Source: a virus (taxonomy: Duplodnaviria > Caudoviricetes). Taken from it: a DNA stretch of 56,357 nt. Positions 1 through 8,846 of this stretch are shown piece after piece; position 1 is the stretch's first letter, and every line of letters starts with the position of its first letter. The translations under genes were made by a program, and so were the position numbers. Below the pieces are notes generated by a model. It was not told the origin of the DNA and did not search any database. It saw only the letters and a program-made list of their open reading frames with translations. Location of the stretch: IMG/VR virus record IMGVR_UViG_3300049982_000330, positions 1-56,357 of that record; one strand, written 5' to 3'.

Positions 1-19
1 GCGGCCCTACCCCCGAGCC

Positions 20-54
20 GGCAAAGCTCCCCGCCCCTCGCGGGGAGCTTTGCC
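20..54. terminator. Intrinsic terminator-like hairpin
   Basis: Perfect 15-bp stem GGCAAAGCTCCCCGC/GCGGGGAGCTTTGCC with a 5-nt loop. Confidence 0.7.
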
Positions 55-280
55 ATGTGTTGACCTACGGTTTCTTATCCTGCCCGGCGTGAAACCACGG
101 TGGGTCGGCCCAGGCAACGTCGAGGTCGAGCACATCATCCTCGACGGCCGCTCCACGCTGCGCGTCTGCTGGCGCCGAGGTTCCCGCCGGTACGTGGTGG
201 CCTACTGCCGTTCCATCCGCGAGCTGACCCAGCACGTTGAGCTCGCGGACCTGGTCGAGGTGATCGAGTTGAAGCGGTAA
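50..280 (+). CDS. Small hypothetical protein (start may be GTG at 90)
   Basis: Plausible globular sequence VEHIILDGRSTLRV...YVVAYCRS...VELADLVEV. Confidence 0.6.
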   Translation: MPCVDLRFLILPGVKPRWVGPGNVEVEHIILDGRSTLRVCWRRGSRRYVVAYCRSIRELTQHVELADLVEVIELKR

Positions 281-367
281 CCCTGCTGACCAGATCCGGA
301 CACCCCGCCAACCACGCATGAGAGGTCCCCGTCTTCTCCTGTGCCCCATCCAGCACAGGAGGTTCTG

Positions 368-625
368 TTGCGCATCCGCTGCATGCTCTCCGCCGCGGCC
401 CTGGCCGCCGGCATGCTCGTCGCCCCCGTCGCCATCGGCACGGCCGAGGCGTCCACTGTCGCCACCTGCAAGTACCGGCGGGTCGTCAACCACTGGGAGT
501 GTGTGACCCCCGGCGCGTACTGCCCGGCCGCCGCGCACGGCAAGCTGGGCATCGCGAAGGCCACCGGTAACAGGTACCGGTGCACGCGATACAGCAACGG
601 GCGCTGGCGCTGGAAGCGCGCGTAA
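368..625 (+). CDS. Small secreted, basic, Cys-containing protein
   Basis: RBS AGGAGG before TTG 368; signal-peptide-like N-terminus ending AEA; 4 Cys in the mature part. Confidence 0.7.
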   Translation: MRIRCMLSAAALAAGMLVAPVAIGTAEASTVATCKYRRVVNHWECVTPGAYCPAAAHGKLGIAKATGNRYRCTRYSNGRWRWKRA

Positions 626-643
626 CAGCCCCGGACATGCCGA

Positions 644-683
644 AACGGCCCCACCTTCCCCATCGCGGGAAGGTGGGGCCGTT
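644..683. terminator. Bidirectional terminator between convergent genes
   Basis: Perfect 17-bp stem AACGGCCCCACCTTCCC/GGGAAGGTGGGGCCGTT. Confidence 0.8.
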
Positions 684-709
684 CGCCCACCGCAGGGTGT
701 CCCGGCAGA

Positions 710-937
710 CTAGCTGCCCTGGAACACGATGTGCCAGCCGAACCAGATCAGGAACCCGAGCAGCGCGGCCGACGTCACCATCCGCCAGTGCCGGACCGGG
801 CGGATACCCAGCCAGGCGCGGATGCTCTCGCTGAGCGTGTCGCCCTTCTCCTTGGTGATCAGCGCCCACGTCTCGAAGACGGCGAACGAGGCGACGAACA
901 GCCCGGCCCACACCGCCCAGATGACCGGCCAGTTCAC
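710..937 (-). CDS. Small 2-TM membrane protein (lysis region)
   Basis: GTGA overlap with the upstream gene; two hydrophobic Trp-rich helices. Confidence 0.75.
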   Translation of the reverse strand: MNWPVIWAVWAGLFVASFAVFETWALITKEKGDTLSESIRAWLGIRPVRHWRMVTSAALLGFLIWFGWHIVFQGS

Positions 938-1362
938 GTAGCCACCGGGCGCGGCTTCACCATGTTGTGCACGAATGCCACCGCAGCCGTGACGGCCGCG
1001 GTCGCACCCGCCGTACCGAGGATCCACGGGCTGAAGCTGCCCGACTGGGCGGCCGAGTAGATCGCCTCCCACCCTGCGAGCAGGCCGGCCGATACCGCGC
1101 CAGCGAGCAGGGTACGGCCCGCGCGGACCAGCGCCTCCAGTCCAGGCCCGGTCGCGCCGAGATAGGGAGCGACGACGGTGAAGCCGTAGGACGCCGCGGC
1201 GGTGACGAACGCCGTCACCACGGCGACCACGACGATCCGCGGCTGGAACCCGCCGCCTTGCAGCGCTGCCTGCCCGGCCTGCCACGCGGCGACCGCACCG
1301 GCCGCTACGGCGCCCTGGGCCAGCGAGCGAGCTGCTCGCGCCAGAGCCTCGAATGTGATCAC
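934..1362 (-). CDS. Putative holin-like multi-TM protein
   Basis: GGAGG RBS before GTG 1362; about 4 hydrophobic segments; downstream of endolysin. Confidence 0.65.
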   Translation of the reverse strand: MITFEALARAARSLAQGAVAAGAVAAWQAGQAALQGGGFQPRIVVVAVVTAFVTAAASYGFTVVAPYLGATGPGLEALVRAGRTLLAGAVSAGLLAGWEAIYSAAQSGSFSPWILGTAGATAAVTAAVAFVHNMVKPRPVAT

Positions 1363-1422
1363 TGCAACCTCCGTTGGAGGTAAGGGCCGCACATCCAAGC
1401 GCACGGCCGCGTCTGTTGGAAG

Positions 1423-1701
1423 TCAGCCCCTTGCCCAGACGGCCGTCGATACGACGTGCTGGACAAGGGGCGTTAGGGCAGTGGGATGCGCCAAAGCGGC
1501 CGGGTACCACGGCCCGGGCGCCGGATTCGGCCGCTGGACGTGCGCCGGGTTGGTACACCGGATGTGGTGGCCCTGGAAGTGCGCGTGCCCCGTGCACAGA
1601 TAGTCGGTGCCGTGGTGCATCGCCCCGCGGCGCACCATCCGGTCGTCATCGCACAGCCGACCCGCCATGGTGAACGGGTCGCTGCCGTCGAGATCGCACA
1701 T
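1423..1701 (-). CDS. Hypothetical protein, Cys/His-rich
   Basis: ORF fits the operon packing. Confidence 0.45.
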   Translation of the reverse strand: MCDLDGSDPFTMAGRLCDDDRMVRRGAMHHGTDYLCTGHAHFQGHHIRCTNPAHVQRPNPAPGPWYPAALAHPTALTPLVQHVVSTAVWARG

Positions 1702-1707
1702 GGGGCT

Positions 1708-1986
1708 CTAGCCCTCGTCGGCCGGGGTGAAGTCGAGGTAATACGACTTGCCGCGCTCGAAGCTGACGGCGGGGTTGTCGACCTGGATGGTGAGCTGGCC
1801 GGACGGCGTGGCCTGTGCGTAGCGCTCGTTCTCCGGCGTGCTGGAGTCGGTCACCGCGCTGAAGCGGTAGGTGCGCGGCCAGGTCTCGATGGTGGTCATC
1901 TCCTGGCCGTTCCAGCGCTGACTTTCGGTGGGCTGGTCGCTGGACATCTCGACGGTGTGGCAGAGGAACTTGGCGCGGACGGACAT
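1708..1986 (-). CDS. Conserved phage hypothetical protein
   Basis: MSVRAKF...ENERYAQATPSGQLTIQVDNPAV...YYLDFTPA; GGAG RBS. Confidence 0.75.
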   Translation of the reverse strand: MSVRAKFLCHTVEMSSDQPTESQRWNGQEMTTIETWPRTYRFSAVTDSSTPENERYAQATPSGQLTIQVDNPAVSFERGKSYYLDFTPADEG

Positions 1987-2053
1987 GAACTCTCCTTGGG
2001 ATTGCCGCCTCAAGTCGGGGCGGAAAACTATAAGCCCACGGCGTCGCCGCAGG

Positions 2054-2839
2054 TCAGGCGATCGGCATCTCCCACGCCGCGCGCCAGGTGTCCCTGCCGA
2101 CGACGCCGTCGACGTCCAGGCCGAACTCGCCCTGGAACTGGCGGCAGATGTCGCGGGAGTCCGGGCCGAACATCCTGTCGACGGTGATCCGCCAGCCGCG
2201 ACGCTTCATCTGCTTCTGCCAGGTCTCGACGTCATCGCCCACCACGGCGGGCGGGTAGGCCAGCAGCCGGCCCGGGAACGCGGGCGCCTTCTCACCGGCG
2301 GCCGGGGCGGGCGGCTTGGGCGCGGGTCCGCCAGGACGGGGCGCGCCCTTCTTCACCCAGGCGTACAGCTTCCCGCCGGGGCAGTCGGTGGCGTAGCCGT
2401 CGCGGTGCCCCTTGATCTCGCTGCCCGCGCCGCCGTGCTCGCGCAGGTAGTCGATGGCGTCGAGGATGCCGAGGAGCATCTCGTCCGGCGGCTCCACGAG
2501 CCCGGAGTTGCCGACCAGCCCGAGGACCGAGTAGTGGCCGGTGTTCAGCCCGGGGCCGTTGGCGGCCGTCAGGTGCCCGGGGCCGCGGCCGACCAGGACC
2601 TTGCGGTGCGGGCAGGCCACCATGGAGTAGGCGATGTCGAGCCAGCCGTTGCCGTCCATGTGCTCCCGCTGGATGCCTCTCACCGCGGCCGCGCATTTGG
2701 CGTGGTCGTGCACGATCGCCGGATCCACCCGGCCGCCCGTGTAGTGCACCTTGACGCCCTTGGTGGACCGCACGGTGTCATAGGAGCCCTTCGGCGCCCG
2801 CGCGCCCCATTCCTTGCGCGTGACCAGATCGATGCTCAT
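2054..2839 (-). CDS. Endolysin: N-acetylmuramoyl-L-alanine amidase plus peptidoglycan-binding domain
   Basis: [25 protein letters not shown] and GHRD...TDCPG amidase motifs; C-terminal [10 protein letters not shown]; true start ATG 2839. Confidence 0.92.
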   Translation of the reverse strand: MSIDLVTRKEWGARAPKGSYDTVRSTKGVKVHYTGGRVDPAIVHDHAKCAAAVRGIQREHMDGNGWLDIAYSMVACPHRKVLVGRGPGHLTAANGPGLNTGHYSVLGLVGNSGLVEPPDEMLLGILDAIDYLREHGGAGSEIKGHRDGYATDCPGGKLYAWVKKGAPRPGGPAPKPPAPAAGEKAPAFPGRLLAYPPAVVGDDVETWQKQMKRRGWRITVDRMFGPDSRDICRQFQGEFGLDVDGVVGRDTWRAAWEMPIA

Positions 2840-3420
2840 GAATCCCCCGTTGTGCAGTGGTACTCCGTTGAGCCGGAAGAGTCCGGCTGGCACTGGTAGG
2901 CGACGCCGAGGAAGGTGAACGTCCATCGCGACGGCGGCGGCCCCGGCGGCCCCTGCTCGCCGGTCTCGCCTTGCGGCCCCTTCTCGCCTTGAGGTCCGGT
3001 CGCGCCCTCGGGACCGGGCTCGCCCTGCGGGCCGGCGTCCCCCTTCGGCCCCGCAGCTCCAGGCGTGCCGTCGGTTCCCGGCTGTCCCGAGGTGCCGGCA
3101 CTCCCCGAGGTTCCGGTGTCTCCGGACCGTCCCGGTTCCCCGCGTGGACCTGTCGGGCCCGGCGGCCCGGACGGTCCAGTGGGGCCTGGTGAGCCGGGGG
3201 TGCCTTGAGGGCCGGGCTGTGGTGTCACCGAGGGGACGCCGCCGAGCTGCCGCACCTGACCGGACAGGACGCTGACGTCCGTGCGCGCCTGGTCCAGGTC
3301 TGAGGACACGCGGGCCACCTGGGCGATGCCGTAGGCGGCGAGGGTCATCGCGGCCAGCAGGCAGACGATGACGGCGGCGTCGCGCCAGCGGAACCGGGGC
3401 GGAGCTCGGTGAGCGTCCAT
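2836..3420 (-). CDS. Membrane-anchored collagen-like protein
   Basis: N-terminal TM, long Gly-X-Y run, C-terminal Cys pair. Confidence 0.85.
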   Translation of the reverse strand: MDAHRAPPRFRWRDAAVIVCLLAAMTLAAYGIAQVARVSSDLDQARTDVSVLSGQVRQLGGVPSVTPQPGPQGTPGSPGPTGPSGPPGPTGPRGEPGRSGDTGTSGSAGTSGQPGTDGTPGAAGPKGDAGPQGEPGPEGATGPQGEKGPQGETGEQGPPGPPPSRWTFTFLGVAYQCQPDSSGSTEYHCTTGDS

Positions 3421-3747
3421 TCAGCTGCCTTTCAGCACCAGGGCGAGCACGATGGCGACGATGATGGGCGCCACGAAGCTGGACAACGCAAGGTTGAGCG
3501 CCCACCGGGTGCTCCCCCGCGCCCGCTCGGCGTCCTTCTCGATCCGGTCGAGACGGTCGCGCATGGCGCCCCGCTCCGCCTCGTAGAGGTCCCGGGTGAC
3601 GAACAGGTCGAGCCTCTGGTAGATCGCGTGCAGGTCGCGGTCATGCTGCTGGCGCATGTCGGCGATGTCGTCGCGGATGTCCCGGCGGGCGTCGTCGAGG
3701 CGGCGCGCCACCTCGCCCAGCGTGGGATCCGATCCCGCCTCGGTCAT
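3421..3747 (-). CDS. Coiled-coil protein with C-terminal TM (lysis region)
   Basis: PTLGEVARRLD..., hydrophobic C-terminus, GGAG RBS. Confidence 0.8.
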   Translation of the reverse strand: MTEAGSDPTLGEVARRLDDARRDIRDDIADMRQQHDRDLHAIYQRLDLFVTRDLYEAERGAMRDRLDRIEKDAERARGSTRWALNLALSSFVAPIIVAIVLALVLKGS

Positions 3748-3836
3748 GGATCTCCCTGGTAGGAACGGTCTTTTCGTGTCAACCTGGCGGACGAGGGCGG
3801 CGTCTAAAGGCATGCCCCCGACGAAGTGAGGACTCG

Positions 3837-4136
3837 ATGAGCCAGCCCCAGGGCCCCTACGGTCAGCAGCCCTACCCGCAGCAGCAGCCGTACGGCCCGC
3901 CCCAGGGGCAGCCCGCGCCGTACGGCCAGCCCGGGTACGGCTACGGCTACCAGCAGCCGATGCCGCAGCAGCCGTACCCTCAGCAGCCCATGCAGGTCCA
4001 GCAGGTTGGCTACTCGGTGACCAAGCCGGCGTGGACGATCGGCCAGATCATGCTGGTCATCTTCACGGGCGGGCTGGCGTGGCCGTTCATCTGGCTCAGC
4101 CGCCGGAGCAGGACGACGGTCACCCGCCACCACTGA
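3837..4136 (+). CDS. Pro/Gln/Tyr-rich membrane protein (opposite-strand moron)
   Basis: GAGGA RBS; QQPY repeats followed by hydrophobic IMLVIFTGGLAWPFIWL. Confidence 0.75.
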   Translation: MSQPQGPYGQQPYPQQQPYGPPQGQPAPYGQPGYGYGYQQPMPQQPYPQQPMQVQQVGYSVTKPAWTIGQIMLVIFTGGLAWPFIWLSRRSRTTVTRHH

Positions 4137-4140
4137 GCGG

Positions 4141-4344
4141 CTATTCCTTCAGAGCCGCGAGCTCGGTCTTCAGCTGGTCGCGTTCGGCCGCGAGTTCCTC
4201 GGCAGCTGCTCGCCACTGGGCGGCCTCGTTGAGGGCGGCGTTGCGCTGCCGCTCCAGCTGGTCGGCGTAGCGGCCAAGGTCGATGCTGAAGGAAGCGGAC
4301 CCCTGGCCGTCGGTCGACGGGTTCCCGGCAGCTTGATCACTCAT
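4141..4344 (-). CDS. Small coiled-coil protein
   Basis: LERQRNAALNEAAQW heptads; overlaps the upstream stop. Confidence 0.7.
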   Translation of the reverse strand: MSDQAAGNPSTDGQGSASFSIDLGRYADQLERQRNAALNEAAQWRAAAEELAAERDQLKTELAALKE

Positions 4345-4873
4345 TGAAGGCCGCCCCCAGTCGCGACTTTCTGACAGTCCGGATCTTTGTTGTCATGTCG
4401 GCGACCTTCTTCTTATCCAGCCTGCTCTTCAAGTCGGATCTCACCACGTCGAGACCTTGGACGGTCGATCCGCTTTTCGCGCCGAGGGTCATCAGGCGAA
4501 CATTCCGGTTGTCCACGATCGGAGCCTTGGCCTTGAACTCCTGTATATGACCGTGAATCCGCTGCTTCGCTTCGGCGGGATCCAGGTCATACGGGTTCAC
4601 GATTACTTCGTCGTGACGGCCGCTGCGGACCAGCATCTCATTGACGTACGCGGTGTAGAGAATCTGCTCGATCAGCAGCTCCACCTCGGCTTCGTCCTCC
4701 AGATCGTAGCCGTACAGCGCCGCCCATTCGTTCACCATCGCCTTTGGAAACGAGACATGGAAGGTGCCGCCTGTCCAGATGTTCGGGTCCACTTCATACA
4801 CGATCGTCCATCGCTCGCCGTCGGAGGAGTGGTGGGCGGCCATATCGATGACGTCCTTCACAACCCAGCTCAT
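4337..4873 (-). CDS. Hypothetical protein downstream of the tail-tip gene
   Basis: ATGA coupling at 4870-4873; lower-GC codon usage. Confidence 0.7.
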   Translation of the reverse strand: MSWVVKDVIDMAAHHSSDGERWTIVYEVDPNIWTGGTFHVSFPKAMVNEWAALYGYDLEDEAEVELLIEQILYTAYVNEMLVRSGRHDEVIVNPYDLDPAEAKQRIHGHIQEFKAKAPIVDNRNVRLMTLGAKSGSTVQGLDVVRSDLKSRLDKKKVADMTTKIRTVRKSRLGAAFNE

Positions 4874-7674
4874 GAGTGATCCCTCAATGTCCACCACGTG
4901 ATGTAGTCAGGCGGCCCAGTGAGTGACGGCCCCGTGATCGTCCACGTGAAGCTGCTGTTGGTCTCGCTTGTGATGTTGAACTGGATCGAGTTCCCAGCGC
5001 GAGGACTGATCATCGCACGTGCTGTCGAGATCATCGTGATGCCGTAGAACACCGTCCCGCCGGCCCCGCTCGTGTTTAGCCATCCTCGGTGCCACGGGTC
5101 TCGATCTCCACCTCCAGAGAAGGCACCGACGAAAGAGATATCCCCGGAGTTCCAAAGGGTCAATTCGGTGTTCTGCGCAGGATCCACGGTCGACATGTTG
5201 CCGAGGCTCACCCAGTCAGCCGAGAGGTAGAGCCGCCCCCACCGGTTGTTGAACGTTCCGGTGTGCATTTCCAGGTCGGCCCTGTCCCCTCCCCCGGTAG
5301 CCGACCAGATCCGCGCCTCTTCTCCAGTGTTGCTATAGAAATAGATCGACGGATCATAGGAGCCGGACGGGTTGAACACGATCTTCCGCCCGGAACCGGA
5401 GGTTGAACGCACCTCTCCCGTGATGACCACGTTGCCGGACGAGTTGATGTCGACGGTTTGGGTGCCGCCGCTGTTGTAGGCCTGCAGGCCCGATGCGCTC
5501 AATACGACGCGTGCGCCGGAGGCGGCGGTCTGAAGCGTGAAGGTTCCCGAGTTGGCGATGTTCACCGTCTGGGCGCCGCCCGAGTTGAAAGCCCGGAACC
5601 CGCTGGAGTCGAGTTCGACGCGGGCGCCCGATGCGGCGGAGCGCAGCGTGAACGCCCCGGTGTTGAGCAGGGTCACGGTCTCGATGCCGCCAGAGTTGAA
5701 GCCGTGCAGTCCGGTGGCGTTGAGCTCGACGCGCTGGCCGGTGCTGGCGGTGCGGATGGACGCGCCGATCAGCCAGTTCGCGCTGATGGTGCCCGCGGTG
5801 ACCTTGGTTACGGTCAGGTCGGAGATGTGAGCGTCGTCGATCAGCAGCGCCGTCGTGGTCGCTGCGGTGGAGGGCGAGGACCGGTTCCCGGACTCATCGA
5901 CGGCGATCACCTTGACATATCGGATGGTGGTCTCGGTAGCGGGCACCGTGCCCACCGCCGCGATCCCGGCCTGCATCATCCCCGCGTTCGCCGCTACCTT
6001 CCCACGCAGCGTGGTCGCGTCCGGGGTGAACCCCGAGGCGGCGCCGACGTGGACCTCCAGGTGGTCCAGGTCCAGCTCAAGGTTGAAGGTGCCGCCGCTC
6101 GCCTTGCCGAGCGTGTGCGTGATCTGGATGGCGATCAGCGACGCAGCCACCGTCGGCGGAGCGGGCGTCGACGGCGGGATCGTGTCCGGGTTGGCCGTGG
6201 CCGTCTGCGTGGCCGACCAGGCGCCCGCGTTGCCAGATGAGTCGACCGCCCTGATCCTGAAGTCATAGGTCACCCCAGGCGACAGGTCCCCGACGACGGC
6301 CTGCAGGTCACCCCACGCCGCATAGCCGGTCTCCCAGCTGGACGCCGGGGACACGCCGTAGCCGATCTCATAGTGGTCGCCGTCGAGGATCGTGCTGCCG
6401 TCGGCGTTGAGCGGCAGGTTCCACGCGACGATGATCCGCGCCCGGGTGTTGCCCAGGGCGTCTAGGTAGACGCTGGTCCCGAAGGGGGTCACCCAGCTGA
6501 CCACGCCGGGGATGGTGGAGTCCGGGATCGGCCGGTCCCCCACCGGCTCGGAGCCCGCGTTGGTCAACGACCGCGACAGCTCGCCCACCGTGATGGACGT
6601 CTGCCCCTCCTCGTACTGCACGTAGTCGGTGAGGTCCAGCCAAACGCCGGCCTGCGTCCGGAACGCGACGGTCATGCCCTTGGCCACCGGCCACGACGTT
6701 TCCACCGTCCGGAGCTTGATCGGGTTGAACCGCTGGCCGAGGAACATGATCTCGTTGTTCACATCGAACAGGCCGCTCTCGGCGTCGTACACCCAGACGT
6801 AATCGCCGACCTTGAACGTGCCGCGGATCTCGTAGTCCTGGGCGTTGAGCTTGAGCGCATTGCGGGTGCCGGTGAAGCGGTTGAGCTGGAGTTGGGCGCG
6901 CGCGGTCGCGTTGCCGGTCGCCGTGCCCGACTCGGAGATGAGCCTGGTGCGTTTCACCGGCTGGCCGCGCAGGTCGAGGTACGGGTTGGAAATGATGTCC
7001 GCGCTGCCGGTGGCGACCGCGTCGCCCTCCCCCTCGGCCAGCAGCACCACCCTGGTGGTGAAGTCCTCGACGTCGCGCTGCAGCGACATGTCACCGGGCA
7101 GGCCGGTCAGGGTGAGGTCCCGGCCCGCGCTGCCCTTGCGGATGATGACGCAGGTCGGGGTCGTGACATACAGGTTGGCGATCGGGCCAGCGTCCAACTT
7201 GCCGTCGCCGGTCACCCTCCACTCGGCGCCCATGGTCTGGCAGACATAGTCGACAGCCGCCTTCCGCGACTGCCACTGGTGGCGCCCGGTGTAGGTGCCG
7301 GCCACCGAGTACAAGGTGCCCTCGATGACGGATGTGCTGCCGCTGATGAGCGCTCGAATGGCGTTGGGGAAGGTCTGCCCGGTGATGACGACCGGGGACT
7401 CCAGCACTTCGCCCTTGTCGTCAGCATCGCCCAACCAGACGGCCATACCTTGACCGCTGATCTTCTTGGCGGTGTCGAGCTCGCGCGAGGTGAGCACCCC
7501 GACGTAGCGCGCCATCGTCAGCAGGGTGTCACCGTACTGGGCGGGGATAACCCTGCCGGGGACGATCGCCACGTGCCCGAAGTAGCCGAGCTGGTCAAGG
7601 GTGTCCTGTGGCGTCTCCTCGGCCAGGCCGATGGCCCAGGTGCCGAACGCCTGGACCTGCTCGGTGACGCTCAT
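4870..7674 (-). CDS. Large minor tail / tail-tip protein with FN3 domain and beta-repeats (934 aa)
   Basis: True start ATG 7674 coupled to the upstream stop; FN3 motif LSPGVTYDFRIRAVD; 37-aa repeats near the C-terminus. Confidence 0.85.
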   Translation of the reverse strand: MSVTEQVQAFGTWAIGLAEETPQDTLDQLGYFGHVAIVPGRVIPAQYGDTLLTMARYVGVLTSRELDTAKKISGQGMAVWLGDADDKGEVLESPVVITGQTFPNAIRALISGSTSVIEGTLYSVAGTYTGRHQWQSRKAAVDYVCQTMGAEWRVTGDGKLDAGPIANLYVTTPTCVIIRKGSAGRDLTLTGLPGDMSLQRDVEDFTTRVVLLAEGEGDAVATGSADIISNPYLDLRGQPVKRTRLISESGTATGNATARAQLQLNRFTGTRNALKLNAQDYEIRGTFKVGDYVWVYDAESGLFDVNNEIMFLGQRFNPIKLRTVETSWPVAKGMTVAFRTQAGVWLDLTDYVQYEEGQTSITVGELSRSLTNAGSEPVGDRPIPDSTIPGVVSWVTPFGTSVYLDALGNTRARIIVAWNLPLNADGSTILDGDHYEIGYGVSPASSWETGYAAWGDLQAVVGDLSPGVTYDFRIRAVDSSGNAGAWSATQTATANPDTIPPSTPAPPTVAASLIAIQITHTLGKASGGTFNLELDLDHLEVHVGAASGFTPDATTLRGKVAANAGMMQAGIAAVGTVPATETTIRYVKVIAVDESGNRSSPSTAATTTALLIDDAHISDLTVTKVTAGTISANWLIGASIRTASTGQRVELNATGLHGFNSGGIETVTLLNTGAFTLRSAASGARVELDSSGFRAFNSGGAQTVNIANSGTFTLQTAASGARVVLSASGLQAYNSGGTQTVDINSSGNVVITGEVRSTSGSGRKIVFNPSGSYDPSIYFYSNTGEEARIWSATGGGDRADLEMHTGTFNNRWGRLYLSADWVSLGNMSTVDPAQNTELTLWNSGDISFVGAFSGGGDRDPWHRGWLNTSGAGGTVFYGITMISTARAMISPRAGNSIQFNITSETNSSFTWTITGPSLTGPPDYITWWTLRDHS

Positions 7675-8846
7675 CGCCGTACCGCCCCAGTGGTCTCTGG
7701 CATCGTTGCGATGTACTGGTCCCTCAAGTTGACCGCTTGATCGCCGGACACTGCCGAGCCGCCGCCTGCCACGACGCCGAGGTAGAAGTCCATCGCGGTC
7801 ACGCTGCTCTTGGTCATCCCGCCGTTGGCGTGCGCCGTGTAGCTGCGCGCACTGCCGCACGTGGCACGGTTGCTGTTCGCGTCGTCGGTAGAGCGGACCA
7901 GGTAGCTGGTGTTGTTCGTCAGCGTCTCCGCAGTGGCCAGGTAGACGGAGATGGTGCCGGAGTCGCCGCGCTGGAGGTAGCCCTCGATGACTCGGGAGCC
8001 GCGGCGCACAGTGAGGTCCAGGGCGACCCGGCCGGGTGAGCGGGAGTCGGTGAGGCGGAGGGTGCAGGCTTCCAGGTCGTTGCGAAGGATCGACGCGGTG
8101 TCCCACGAGGTGATCGGCCCAGCGCCGATGTCGGCCTGCCACGTCTTCGGGCGCCAGGCCCCGCCAGTGTAGGACGCCACCTCGAAGCTGCCCGAGGTGA
8201 ATAGGAACGACGCTCGCACCAGGCTGTTGCCGATCTCCCACTGCGTCGGGCTGACCTCCTGGCCAAGGCCCGCGACCTCACGGCCCGGAAAGCCGGTGAG
8301 GATCCGGCACCGGCCCCGCTGGTAGTCGGACACCGCGCAGCCCCATCGAGGCGACACCCCCGAAGGCACTCCCCGGTAGACGGTCATCGTCCCGTCGGCA
8401 CCCGTCCGGGTCATCGTCGACGGGATCGTCGGGCCGGTGTAGTAGCCGAAGTGAGCGAGGGGCGGCGCGTGCCACCGCTCCCCCGCGAGGGAGAAGTCGT
8501 TCGCTCTCACGGCGCCGGTGAGCCGGGACTCGAGGTCGACCTGGGAGTGATGGCCATGCCTCACCAGGGTGAGCTTCCAGTCGGCGAACCCCGACTTGGT
8601 CGCGATGTCGGTCAGCGTCGAGTTGGCCGAGGTAACCGTGTAGTAGCCGTCCCGCTCGGTCTTCGGCGCGAGCTGCACCTGGACGAGCGCCCCAGAAAGG
8701 CCGAGCACGTCCTTGTGCCGCGCGATGACCTCAGCCCGGGTCAGCGCGCCGGGCCACGCCTCGCGACCGGACAGGCCCAGCGTCGACTCGCCGGTCTCGG
8801 CTATCTCGAACCCGTCAGTGACGGTGAGCCGACCGACAATGCTCAT
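7671..8846 (-). CDS. Minor tail protein (distal-tail position)
   Basis: Immediately after TMP, translationally coupled. Confidence 0.75.
   Translation of the reverse strand: MSIVGRLTVTDGFEIAETGESTLGLSGREAWPGALTRAEVIARHKDVLGLSGALVQVQLAPKTERDGYYTVTSANSTLTDIATKSGFADWKLTLVRHGHHSQVDLESRLTGAVRANDFSLAGERWHAPPLAHFGYYTGPTIPSTMTRTGADGTMTVYRGVPSGVSPRWGCAVSDYQRGRCRILTGFPGREVAGLGQEVSPTQWEIGNSLVRASFLFTSGSFEVASYTGGAWRPKTWQADIGAGPITSWDTASILRNDLEACTLRLTDSRSPGRVALDLTVRRGSRVIEGYLQRGDSGTISVYLATAETLTNNTSYLVRSTDDANSNRATCGSARSYTAHANGGMTKSSVTAMDFYLGVVAGGGSAVSGDQAVNLRDQYIATMPETTGAVRR

Noticed and set aside
1-700. Helper attachment site or tRNA at the left end
   Set aside because: No tRNA-like fold seen, and the partner att would lie outside the window, so it cannot be assessed
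2054-8241. ORF-track N-terminal extensions (for example 3505 and 8241; also 36200, 40110 and 46122)
   Set aside because: They overlap better-supported upstream genes; internal starts with RBS or stop-start coupling fit better
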